Assembly (NCBI GenBank): GCA_965228475.1
Contig: OZ245817.1
Coordinates: 512,001 to 576,000 of the forward strand
Length of the DNA stretch: 64,000 nt
Direction of reading: 5' to 3'
From: Myxococcota bacterium
GTDB taxonomy: Bacteria > Myxococcota_A > UBA9160 > JAFDDA01
A model generated the notes under the pieces. It was not told the DNA's origin. It did not search any database and saw only the letters and a program-made list of their open reading frames with translations. Made by a program: the position numbers and the translations under genes. This document shows positions 9,612-18,248 of the stretch, piece after piece (position 1 is the stretch's first letter; each line of letters opens with the position of its first letter).

Positions 9612-10100
9612 ATGACCGTCGCCGTCAACGGAATCGCGCACATCCAGCTCACCGTCGGGAACGCATCGCACTGCATTCCCTTCTGGGAATCGCTCTGCCA
9701 CTTCCTCGACATGAAGACCCTGATCAAGAACGAGGAGGTCCTCTATTGCATCGGGAGCCGCACCGGCATCCTGATCCGCGGTGCACCGAAGGGAAAGGAG
9801 GACGTGCCCTTCGACCAGGAGACGCCCGGTCTGCACCACTTCTGTTTCCGCGCCCGCGCCCGGGAGGACGTCGACGCCGTCCATACCTTCGTCGACGAGA
9901 CCCTCGGCGCGCGCATCATCCATGGTCCGGAGGAGGGCGCCTTCGCGCCCGGGTACTACTCGATCCTCTTCGAGGATCCCGACGGCATCCGCGTCGAGGT
10001 GAACCACGTCCCGGGCCGCGGCCACTTCGACCAGGGCGGACGGCTCGGCGAGGGCGGGCCCGGGGCCGCGAGTACCTACGGCGAAGACGGGATGGCCTGA
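9612..10100 (+). CDS. VOC/glyoxalase family protein
   Basis: GIAHIQLTV, GLHHFCFRA and YYSILFEDPDGIRVEV motifs; AGGAGG RBS. Confidence 0.92.
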   Translation: MTVAVNGIAHIQLTVGNASHCIPFWESLCHFLDMKTLIKNEEVLYCIGSRTGILIRGAPKGKEDVPFDQETPGLHHFCFRARAREDVDAVHTFVDETLGARIIHGPEEGAFAPGYYSILFEDPDGIRVEVNHVPGRGHFDQGGRLGEGGPGAASTYGEDGMA

Positions 10101-10101
10101 G

Positions 10102-10170
10102 CCGGGAAAGCCGGCGCCTCCCGTCCGGGAAATCCGGTGCCTCCCGTCCGGGAAAGCCGGCGCCTCCCGT
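10102..10170. repeat. Tandem repeat, 3 x 23 bp (CCGGGAAAGCCGGCGCCTCCCGT)
   Basis: Units 10102-10124, 10125-10147 (2 mismatches) and 10148-10170, with no spacers. Confidence 0.95.
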
Positions 10171-10213
10171 CGTTCCCGCGACACCCGCCGCCCGGGGACG
10201 TCCACTACTCCGT

Positions 10214-11038
10214 ATGGTGTTCCGCAGCCGCCGGGTTCTCGTCTGTGCCGTGCTTGCCGGCGGGTGGCTTTGCGGAGGAGGCCCCGCTCGGGCGCTGGAG
10301 ATCGTCGGCCGGTTCAACGGAGGCGACCTCCCGGCTCCTGCGCTGCTCGCGGGCGGCGGCTCGGTCGAGGAGGTCTTCGAAGCGGCCGCCTCGCTCTGGG
10401 AAACGCACATTCTCGATTCCCACACCCTCGAGATCCAGTACGCCTGGGTGGCCTTTCCCGACGATACGCTCGGCAACGCGTTCGGGTTCGCCGGCCCCGA
10501 TGGCCGGGTGACGTCGGCCTTCATCACCCTCGACAACGACAGTCCCTGGTTCCTAGACCCGACACCCGGGGATTCCTCGGAATGGGCGAGCTTCCTCGAG
10601 CAGCGCTTCGATCTCGGCGCGGGCGAACTCGTCGTCGGGCGGGACTTCACGGATCCGCTGGGCGATGCCCAGCTCGGATGGGACCTCTTCACGGTCTTTC
10701 TCCACGAGATCGGCCACGCCCTCGGCATGGGCGTCGAGTACGCGCGCTACCGAGCCGAAACCGCGGACGGCGACGTCGACGTTGCATCGCCGCTGCCCTT
10801 CGCCGGGACGGAACTCCTCGTGACACCGTCCGGCGGCGCCCACCTGCTGTTGACGTCCGCCTTGCTCTTCCCCTCCGTGAGCCGGGACGCCCGCACGCTC
10901 CCCTCCGATGCCGACGTGCTCGCCGTGGCCCAGGCGGGAAACTTCCGCGAGGTGAGTCTCGCGGTTCCCGAGCCGAAGCTCGTGGGGCTGCTGCTCGCCG
11001 CCGGGCTCGGTGCCGCGTACTTCCGCCGCCCTCGCTAG
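10214..11038 (+). CDS. PEP-CTERM-sorted zincin-like metalloprotease
   Basis: Signal peptide ending PARA; HEIGHALG zinc motif; C-terminal VPEP + hydrophobic helix + RRPR. Confidence 0.85.
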   Translation: MVFRSRRVLVCAVLAGGWLCGGGPARALEIVGRFNGGDLPAPALLAGGGSVEEVFEAAASLWETHILDSHTLEIQYAWVAFPDDTLGNAFGFAGPDGRVTSAFITLDNDSPWFLDPTPGDSSEWASFLEQRFDLGAGELVVGRDFTDPLGDAQLGWDLFTVFLHEIGHALGMGVEYARYRAETADGDVDVASPLPFAGTELLVTPSGGAHLLLTSALLFPSVSRDARTLPSDADVLAVAQAGNFREVSLAVPEPKLVGLLLAAGLGAAYFRRPR

Positions 11039-13383
11039 AGGAGCGGTTCGAGCCGGAGTGTCTCTCCGCGCACCTCCTCGAAGTGCGCGGGCAGCGCATC
11101 GAGCTCGCCGCGGAGCCACGGCTCGATCTGGTCGTCGTAGTGCGGGTCGAAGGGGTGGCCGGCCTGGCCGCCCGGGAGGATCGCGCGGATGCGCATCGGG
11201 TCCCCCATCTCGACGACGGTGCGCATGGCGGCACCGGCTCGGACGCGCTCCGGACGGTCGTATCGGTAGCGGGCCCGTCCCACGCTCGCGTGGTCGCCGC
11301 CCCAGGGAAACGGTCCGCGGTCGAGCCAGCGGGAAAGCGGCGGGACGGCCGCCGCCAGCTCGTGCACGAGGTGGACGGCGTGGTTCGCTTCCCACCGCCA
11401 GCTCGCGTCGTTCGGATCGAAACCCTGGCTCGCCGTTTCGAGGGCGCCGCGGACGAGGGTCTGCCGCTCGCCCCGCCACCACGGGGACGCTTCCGTCGGG
11501 GCGAGGATCAGCCCATCGAGGGCGTGGTTCAGGACGTAGTTGTTCTTCAAGAGCCGTCGATGGAGCTCCGGCCCGAGACGCTCGGCAAAGACCGCCTCCG
11601 CCAGGGCGAGGTACCAGCGCAGGAAGATCGTCGGTGCGGTCGCCGCGGGTTCGTTGACGAGGCCGGGCTCGGCGGCCTGCCAGGCCTCGAGCTCCGTCCG
11701 CGCGCTCGCGGCGGCAGGCGAGAGCGCCCCGTCTCCCAGCAGCGTGAGCAGGTGCGGCAGGAGACGCGCCGCCTGTCCGTTGTGCCAGTCCATCTGGAGG
11801 GCGCGCATCGTCTCCGGCGTGTGATCCCGGCGGCCCGCGAGTACTTCCTGGATCCGGCCGATGCGGTAGCCCGGCGCGTTGTCCGCGGAGACGAGCGGGC
11901 CGGCGCCCGGCGGGTTCACCCGCGCGTTGGCCGCTGCGACGAACCCCTTGGGCGGGTCGATCTCCCGCGGCAGCTCCGCCATCGGGATGAAGCCCCGCCA
12001 TCCCGCTTCCGCCTCGTGGCCCGGCTGCGGAAGGAGCCCCGTGCCCCGGCCGCGCACCGGCAGGAGCCCGACGCTCCGGAAGGCGATGCGGCCCTCGGCG
12101 TCCGCATAGGTGGCGTTGGCGCTCGGCGCGGCGAGCCGGTCGAGGGCGTCGCTCGCGGCGTCCCAGTCCTCTGCGAGGTTGAGTGCGAACAGCGCATCGA
12201 TCCCGAAGCGGTGCTCGGCGGCGTGGTGGCCCGTCCAGGCGAGCGAGAGCGGCGGGTCCTCCTCGAGGAGCGGGCCGTGGCGCGTGTGGACGATCTCGAA
12301 GACCTCGTCCTCACTGCCGCGGACCCGGATCCGGGCTTCCTCGGTGCGCGCCTCGTACCAGCCGTCCGGCCCGAGGAAGCGCAGCGGGTCTTCGGGGTCG
12401 CGCGTCTCGAGGAAGAGGTCCTGGCTGTCGCCGATGTTCGTGAAGCCCCAGGCGAGCCGGTCGTTGATTCCGTTGATGACGCCCGGCAGCCCCGGCACCG
12501 ACCAGCCGCGCAGGCTGCGTTCGCCGAAGAAGAGGTGGACTTCATAGTGGAGGTTCGGGAGGGCGAGCGCATCGTGGGAGTCGAAGGCGAACAGCGGCAC
12601 GCCGGAAGCCGTTCGCGAGCCGGCGACCGCCCAGCCGTTGCTGCCCCGCGAGAGGCTCGGGAGCAGGGCCTGTTCGTAGGCGTCGAGGGCGTCGCGCCGG
12701 GCGAGCATGCGCCGCGCCGCGGCCGCATCCACGACGTAGGGGAAGTCCGGGACGCGGGATTCGTCCGGGAGGAACGCGGCGATCTCCTCGGGCGAGGTCG
12801 CGCTCGCGATGGCGTAGCGCAACAGCTCGTTGCCGGCGTTCCGTCCGGAGGCGTAGGCCATGGCCGCGCCGAGGGCGTAGACGTCGGCCGGTGTCCAGCG
12901 GCGAAGGGGAGTCCAGGTGAGGAGGAGTTCGGGCGGACGGGCATCGAGCCCTTCGAGCCCGGCGTTCACGCCGTCGACGTAGCGGCCGACCAGGGTCCGT
13001 GCTTTCGCATCGGCGTTGGCCTCGATCTCCGCGGCGAGCTGCGGCACGCCCATCTTCCAGAGTTCGCGGTCCGTCTCGAGCAGGGGAGGGCCGAGCAGCT
13101 CCGCGAGCCGCGCCTGGCCGGCGCGGCTGAGAAGCTCCATCTGCCAGAGCCGTTCGCGGGCGTGGAGCACACCCTGGGCGAAGAACGCGTCGCCGAGCGT
13201 CTCGGCGCGCACGTAGGGCCGAGCGCGTTCGTCGAAGCGGATCGTCACCGGCGCAGCGAGCCCGGGAAGCGCGAGCGTCCCGGTGCGCTCGATCCGGGAG
13301 GCGTGGACCCGCCAGCCGAAGACGAGTGCACCCGCCGCCAGTGCGAGGAGCAGGAGCCCGAGCGCCTGGCCGAGGCGCTTCAC
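11035..13383 (-). CDS. Penicillin acylase family Ntn hydrolase (acyl-homoserine-lactone acylase-like)
   Basis: HARERLWQMEL; catalytic Ser in GSNGWAVAG; WGFTN, TRHGP, AAANAR and PGGQAGHPFDPHYDDQ; GTG start overlaps the upstream stop. Confidence 0.92.
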   Translation of the reverse strand: MKRLGQALGLLLLALAAGALVFGWRVHASRIERTGTLALPGLAAPVTIRFDERARPYVRAETLGDAFFAQGVLHARERLWQMELLSRAGQARLAELLGPPLLETDRELWKMGVPQLAAEIEANADAKARTLVGRYVDGVNAGLEGLDARPPELLLTWTPLRRWTPADVYALGAAMAYASGRNAGNELLRYAIASATSPEEIAAFLPDESRVPDFPYVVDAAAARRMLARRDALDAYEQALLPSLSRGSNGWAVAGSRTASGVPLFAFDSHDALALPNLHYEVHLFFGERSLRGWSVPGLPGVINGINDRLAWGFTNIGDSQDLFLETRDPEDPLRFLGPDGWYEARTEEARIRVRGSEDEVFEIVHTRHGPLLEEDPPLSLAWTGHHAAEHRFGIDALFALNLAEDWDAASDALDRLAAPSANATYADAEGRIAFRSVGLLPVRGRGTGLLPQPGHEAEAGWRGFIPMAELPREIDPPKGFVAAANARVNPPGAGPLVSADNAPGYRIGRIQEVLAGRRDHTPETMRALQMDWHNGQAARLLPHLLTLLGDGALSPAAASARTELEAWQAAEPGLVNEPAATAPTIFLRWYLALAEAVFAERLGPELHRRLLKNNYVLNHALDGLILAPTEASPWWRGERQTLVRGALETASQGFDPNDASWRWEANHAVHLVHELAAAVPPLSRWLDRGPFPWGGDHASVGRARYRYDRPERVRAGAAMRTVVEMGDPMRIRAILPGGQAGHPFDPHYDDQIEPWLRGELDALPAHFEEVRGETLRLEPLL

Positions 13384-14240
13384 GCCGCCGCGTCGAGCCC
13401 CGCGCGCGCGCTCACGTCCTGGCAGGCCGCGACGAGGGCGGGTACGAAGACGTCCGCGCGAGCGACGCAGGCGGCGTGGTCCCCCTCCACCTCGAACACG
13501 CGTGCGCCGGGGATCGCCTCCGCGAGCCCGCGCTGGCGCCGCGGCGGGACGAGTTCGTCCTTCGTCGTGACGATCACGGCCGTCGGGACGTCGACCTCCC
13601 CGATCCACGCGTGCGAGGAGAAGCTGCCGACGGCGCCGGTCGCCTGGATCACGCTCGGACCGTCGTGGCCCGAGAGTTCCTCGGCGACCCGGCTGCGCAT
13701 GCCCTCGTGCTGGATTCCCGAGAGCGTGCGTTCGAGCATGCGGCGCTGCACGAGACCGGGGACGAGCCGCGCGCCCGTGGCGACCCAGGGCATGAGCCAC
13801 CGGGCGAAGGGGCTCGCGTGGCGTGTGCTGAAATGTCGCGCCGTCGCGGCGAGGACGAGGCCGGCGATGCTCTCGGGGTGGCGCCGCCAGGCGAGCGAGG
13901 CGATCGGTCCGCCCATCGAGTAGCCCACGGCGATGAGGCGTCTCGCTCCGAGATCGAAGGCCGCGTCGACGGCGTCGTCGGCGCAGTCTTCGAGCCGGAA
14001 GCGGCGCGTGCGCAGGCCGCGGCCGTGGCCGCGGTGGTCGATCGCCAACACGCGGAAGTGTTCGGAGAGCGGGCGGAACGCGGGGCCCCAGTTCAGCCGG
14101 GCGGTGGCGCCCAGGCCGTGGAGCAGCAGCACGGCAGGCGCGTCCGGGTGCGGCCCCGGGATGTCCCGCATGAAGACGTCGCCGCGTTCTTCGAGGGTGA
14201 TGATGCGGTCGATCGGCCGCTCTTCTTCCTTTGCCGCCAT
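13380..14240 (-). CDS. Alpha/beta fold hydrolase
   Basis: LLHGLG, DHRGHG, nucleophile elbow GYSMGG, DELV and GDH catalytic residues. Confidence 0.9.
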   Translation of the reverse strand: MAAKEEERPIDRIITLEERGDVFMRDIPGPHPDAPAVLLLHGLGATARLNWGPAFRPLSEHFRVLAIDHRGHGRGLRTRRFRLEDCADDAVDAAFDLGARRLIAVGYSMGGPIASLAWRRHPESIAGLVLAATARHFSTRHASPFARWLMPWVATGARLVPGLVQRRMLERTLSGIQHEGMRSRVAEELSGHDGPSVIQATGAVGSFSSHAWIGEVDVPTAVIVTTKDELVPPRRQRGLAEAIPGARVFEVEGDHAACVARADVFVPALVAACQDVSARAGLDAAA

Positions 14241-14331
14241 GAATCTCCGTCCCGTCCTGCGCGTCCGAACCATGATGGCACGCCCCGCGCTTCTTGACCC
14301 CTCGGACGGTAGTTGGGACACTCGACGGGTG

Positions 14332-15108
14332 ATGTCCGCCCGAAGCTCCCGCCCGGCATCGTGGAAGCGATGGCTCGGCGCCGCCGTTCTCGGTCTCGCC
14401 GCGTTTCAGATGAGCCTCCCCGCCCTGGCCATGGAGGGCCGCGGCCGCAGCATGGAAGGGCGCGGCCGGGGCCCGATCCGCATGCCCATGCCGCCGACCG
14501 GTCCGCCCCCGAGCCTGCCGCCCGGGACGATCCTGCCGGGCATGCCGCCGGGCGTGAGCCAGGCGATCCTGAACTCGCTCCGCCGCCGCTCGATTCCGCG
14601 CATGGGCCCGATCTCGGACGAGCAGCTCATCGCCGAGCTCAACGCGGAGCTGCGGCGCGCCCAGAACGATCTCAACAACCACCAGGGCTCGTACAACATC
14701 ATCCGCGTGATCAAGTACGGAGGCGCGCTCGTCGCCGTACTCACCGGCACCGCCTTCTTCGGTCCGGCAGGGGGTCTCGCCGCAGGCGCGCTTTTCCGCG
14801 GCACGGAGGGGACGACCGAAGTGTTCGTCCGTTCGAGGGATTCCCAGCGGACCGGCCGGGAGGTCGTCTACCAGGGGCTCGGCGAGCTCGCCGGGGCGGC
14901 CACTGGGAATCCGGTCGTCGGATTCGTGGTTCGGGCCGGGACCAAGGAAGGCGCCCGCGCGATCGGCGAGGCCGATCTCACCTTCCTGTTCGAGAACGAG
15001 AAGAAGCGCGGCGGGGTGAAGACCTCGGGCGCCAACGCGCGAACGGAGAGCTCGCACCCCGGTTTCGGACCCTCCTCGCCGGCCGGCTGGCGGGGGCCGA
15101 TCAAGTGA
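14332..15108 (+). CDS. Exported hypothetical protein with tandem MEGRGR motif, Pro-rich linker, coiled coil and Gly-rich hydrophobic helices
   Basis: Signal peptide ending PALA; stop overlaps the next GTG start; exact start uncertain. Confidence 0.7.
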   Translation: MSARSSRPASWKRWLGAAVLGLAAFQMSLPALAMEGRGRSMEGRGRGPIRMPMPPTGPPPSLPPGTILPGMPPGVSQAILNSLRRRSIPRMGPISDEQLIAELNAELRRAQNDLNNHQGSYNIIRVIKYGGALVAVLTGTAFFGPAGGLAAGALFRGTEGTTEVFVRSRDSQRTGREVVYQGLGELAGAATGNPVVGFVVRAGTKEGARAIGEADLTFLFENEKKRGGVKTSGANARTESSHPGFGPSSPAGWRGPIK

Positions 15109-15977
15109 CGGAGTTCCGCCGGCGGGGCGCCCGCCACGCTTTCTCCCTCGTGTTCGGTCTGCTCACTCTCTTCGTGGGGCTTCCCGCGGCCGGGGCCGAA
15201 CCCGTCGACGACGCGGCCGTGGCCGCGGGCCTCGACTCGCTCCACGTGAGTCAGACGGTGGCCTGGGCGCTCGAGGGCGTGGCCCGGCCGGAGAAGATCG
15301 GCCGCGTGCGCTTCGCCGCAGAAGCCGCACGCCCCAGGCTGGACCCGGATGTCCATGCCGCCGGCATGCGCCTCGCCGACGTCACGATCGCGGGCGAGGA
15401 GGTCGCGCAGGAGGGAGGCCGGCGCGTGTTCGGCACGCTGACCCACGAGAGCCCTCTCGGCTTCCGGGCGATCAACGACTTCGCGGCCCGCTACCGCACC
15501 GAGAAGGGACGCTACGTCGTCGAGGAGAGTCACGCGCAGGCCCGCTTCCTCGAGGCGCCGCGGGTCGCGTTCGCCGCGGTCGAGGCGGCGAAGGTGCCCG
15601 CGGAGTTCCTCGGCGGCGCCTACGAGCCCCATCGGCTCGTTTCATTCCTGAGGAAGAACGGCGTCGACCCGACGCGGGTCGACGAGGCGCCGCGCGAGTA
15701 CGTCGTGTTCGCCGTCCTGCTCGACCGCCTCCCGCCCGGGAAGGGGTTCTTCGTCTCCGACGAGACCAGGAAGAAGAAGAAGCCCAAGCGCACCGAAGCC
15801 GGGCTGACGGTGTTCTCGCGCGAGCGGTGGCACGCTGCCGCGCTGCGATCGACCTTCGCCTTCGGCGCGAAGAAGCCCCGCTACTTCCACGCCGCCGTCA
15901 CGGACGAGCGGGGCCGTTCCAAGCGCGTCGGTCTGCTCGAAAGCGGCGGTCTCGTCCCCTTCGAGCCGGAGGGATGA
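15105..15977 (+). CDS. Exported hypothetical protein
   Basis: GTGA/ATGA overlaps with both neighbours; signal peptide ending PAAGA; coding-like composition. Confidence 0.75.
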   Translation: MTEFRRRGARHAFSLVFGLLTLFVGLPAAGAEPVDDAAVAAGLDSLHVSQTVAWALEGVARPEKIGRVRFAAEAARPRLDPDVHAAGMRLADVTIAGEEVAQEGGRRVFGTLTHESPLGFRAINDFAARYRTEKGRYVVEESHAQARFLEAPRVAFAAVEAAKVPAEFLGGAYEPHRLVSFLRKNGVDPTRVDEAPREYVVFAVLLDRLPPGKGFFVSDETRKKKKPKRTEAGLTVFSRERWHAAALRSTFAFGAKKPRYFHAAVTDERGRSKRVGLLESGGLVPFEPEG

Positions 15978-17284
15978 GGCCGCTCGGGCGGCGGGCCCTT
16001 CTGAAGGGCGCGCTAGGCAGCGTGGCCCTCGGGCTCGCGGGGTCGCGTCTCGGGCGCGCGGAAGTTGCTCCCGCGAAGACCGCGACCTACTTCGTGCCCG
16101 GGTATGCACCGGATCGGGCCTACCACCGGGGGCGCCCCGTGCGCGAGGATCCGGCGCTCACTGCCGCGGTCCCGCGAGATTGGCAGGGCGCCCTCTCGCT
16201 CCTGACCCGGGTCGACGAAGGCGACGGCTCGGTCCGCCGCGCGCTCTTCCCCGTGGCCGGCCACGAGATCACGATCTCCCCGGACGGCCAACACGGCGTG
16301 TTCAACAGCCTGAACGACGGCCACTGCGTCGCGTTCTCGCCCGAAACGCTCGAGTCCCGCGGCATCCACTCCCACGGAGAGGGCTTCATCGGCGCGGGGC
16401 ACGCCTTCTATCTGCCCGAAGGCGGCCCGCTCGTGATCGCGGAAAGGCGGGAGTGGCGGGCGTACACGGGCAAGCCCGAGGATCACCACGGCCGCATCAC
16501 CCTGCGCGACCCGGAGACCTTCGCGCTGCTCGAAGCCTTCGATTGCCGCGGCATGGCGCCCCACGAGATCGGTCTCACCGCGGACGGCCGGCACGTCGCC
16601 GTGGCGAACTACGGCAAGACGCTCTGGCCCGACGGCACCTGGCGCGACGGGCTGCTCCATCGCGTCGCACCGAGCCTGACCGTGATCGAGCTCGCGAGCG
16701 GGCGGCTCGTCCACGAGGTCCGAAACCCGGACCCGCGCCACGAGGTCCGTCACCTCGCGGCCCACAGCCTCTCGCGCGTGTTCGCGATCTCGGCGCGGAT
16801 GGAGAGCTTCGGAGAGGGGCAGAAGTCCATGCGCGACTGGGAGGAAGGCGTCTACGAAGCGGACGTCTACTCCGGCGGCGAAGAGATCGGGTACCTGCCT
16901 TCGCCGCTCCTGCGCTACGAGCTCACGGAGGGTCCCTCCCGGGCGACGGAGTCGTTCACCGAGGACCCGCTCTTCATGCGCTACGGCCAGAGCATCGTCT
17001 ACGACCCGGCCCACGACGAAGTCATCGCGACCTATCCGACCCGGCACGCGGTGGTGGTCTTCTCGGGAGAGGACGGCGCCGTCCGTCGCGTCCTCCGCAC
17101 GGATCGCCTGGGTCTGCGGCAGCCGCGCGGCGTGGTGCTGCACCCCGATGGCAGGCACTACGTCGTTTCGGGATGGTGGCAGGGCGCGCGGGCCTTTTCG
17201 CGGGGGGAACACGCGCCGGTGTCGCGCCTCGACCGGCACGAGGTCTGGTTCGGCCACAGTCACCTGGCGGTTGCGGCGGCCTGA
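15974..17284 (+). CDS. Tat-exported DUF1513-like beta-propeller protein
   Basis: GRRALLK twin-arginine signal; GH, PHEIGLTADG..VAVANYG, PSL..I..ASG.L and VRHLA motifs of DUF1513. Confidence 0.75.
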   Translation: MRPLGRRALLKGALGSVALGLAGSRLGRAEVAPAKTATYFVPGYAPDRAYHRGRPVREDPALTAAVPRDWQGALSLLTRVDEGDGSVRRALFPVAGHEITISPDGQHGVFNSLNDGHCVAFSPETLESRGIHSHGEGFIGAGHAFYLPEGGPLVIAERREWRAYTGKPEDHHGRITLRDPETFALLEAFDCRGMAPHEIGLTADGRHVAVANYGKTLWPDGTWRDGLLHRVAPSLTVIELASGRLVHEVRNPDPRHEVRHLAAHSLSRVFAISARMESFGEGQKSMRDWEEGVYEADVYSGGEEIGYLPSPLLRYELTEGPSRATESFTEDPLFMRYGQSIVYDPAHDEVIATYPTRHAVVVFSGEDGAVRRVLRTDRLGLRQPRGVVLHPDGRHYVVSGWWQGARAFSRGEHAPVSRLDRHEVWFGHSHLAVAAA

Positions 17285-17294
17285 ACGTTCCCGG

Positions 17295-18248
17295 TCAGCG
17301 CCCCATTCGGCCCATGCCGCGCCCTTCGACGCGAGGCGGGGAGGGCGGCCGGCCGCGGCCTTCCATCGGCACCTTCGGCCCGGTTGCACCCGGCGTGACG
17401 ATCGGGCTCCGCCCCGCGGCGCCGCGGCGGACGTTCTCGCGGGCGGCATCGCCGCCGGGCCCGCCGTTCTCCGTCGTCATGTCGTCGAAGTCGACGCCGA
17501 GGCGGTCCTCGGCGAGCTGGCGAAGGATCTCCCGCGCCCGCGGGTTGTCGATGCCCGTGATGAACTGCCAGAGCGAGTCGATGTCCTGCCGGTCGGCGTC
17601 GATCCGGTCGAGCATGCCCGAGAGTTCCTCGAGCCGGTCGTTCAGCCGGGTCGCCCCGCGTTCGATGCGCCGGCGGGTCCGGGCGACGCCGGTGCGGTCG
17701 ATGTGGGCGTCGAGCCGTCCGCCGACCTCGGCGTCGAAGTATTCCTCGAGCAGCGCGCCGACCTCGCCGGTGCGGTCGAAGATCGGCCGCAGCGGGCGCT
17801 TGGCGATCTCGAGCACGCGGTTGCGGATGCGATCCACCTGTTCGAACACGTGACCGACCGGCCCGGAGACGTGGCGCGCGGCGTTGCGGACCTCGTTCTG
17901 GACACCCCGGGCCACCGTCGTCGCTCCGCGGACGGCGCCGTCTTCGCCGAACAGTCCGTGACCGACCTCGCGGACGAACACGACGAGCGGGAAGCCGCGG
18001 CTGCGCCGCCGGCGGGCCGCGCGCCGCGCCGCCAGCCGGGCGGCTTCCGCGGCCGCCGCCTGCCGCCGCTCCTCGTTCAGCTGGCCGAGGTTCCCGCCCC
18101 GCTCCTGGTCCGCCGCCGCACGCTGCTGACGCATCGTCTCGAGCGTGCTCTGCAGGCGCGAGACCGTCGGGGAGGTTCCCTCCGGGTTCGCGACCGCGTC
18201 GGGAGGGACGAAGGCGAGGAGCGCCACGACGAGCATGAAGCGCTTCAT
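17295..18248 (-). CDS. Exported helical/coiled-coil hypothetical protein with C-terminal MEGRGR/VEGRG motifs
   Basis: Signal peptide MKRFMLVVALLAFVPPDAVA; ATGA overlap with the TPR gene. Confidence 0.75.
   Translation of the reverse strand: MKRFMLVVALLAFVPPDAVANPEGTSPTVSRLQSTLETMRQQRAAADQERGGNLGQLNEERRQAAAAEAARLAARRAARRRRSRGFPLVVFVREVGHGLFGEDGAVRGATTVARGVQNEVRNAARHVSGPVGHVFEQVDRIRNRVLEIAKRPLRPIFDRTGEVGALLEEYFDAEVGGRLDAHIDRTGVARTRRRIERGATRLNDRLEELSGMLDRIDADRQDIDSLWQFITGIDNPRAREILRQLAEDRLGVDFDDMTTENGGPGGDAARENVRRGAAGRSPIVTPGATGPKVPMEGRGRPPSPPRVEGRGMGRMGR

Noticed and set aside
10102..10170. Possible CRISPR array
   Set aside because: The repeats are contiguous with no spacers, and there are no cas genes in the window.
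14276..14291. Sigma54-like TGGCACG-CCCC-GCGCT upstream of the unknown cluster
   Set aside because: The -12 element is poor, chance matches are likely at high GC, and an alternative TTGACC-N17-GACACT lies close by.
11035..15057. Apparent giant ORFs with long N-terminal extensions (also 29009-33352, 57276-60629, 44562-47363, 24902-26956, 9503-11038)
   Set aside because: The extensions are Arg/Pro/Gly-rich off-frame reads of neighbouring genes; true starts lie at coupled or signal-peptide/RBS-supported codons downstream.
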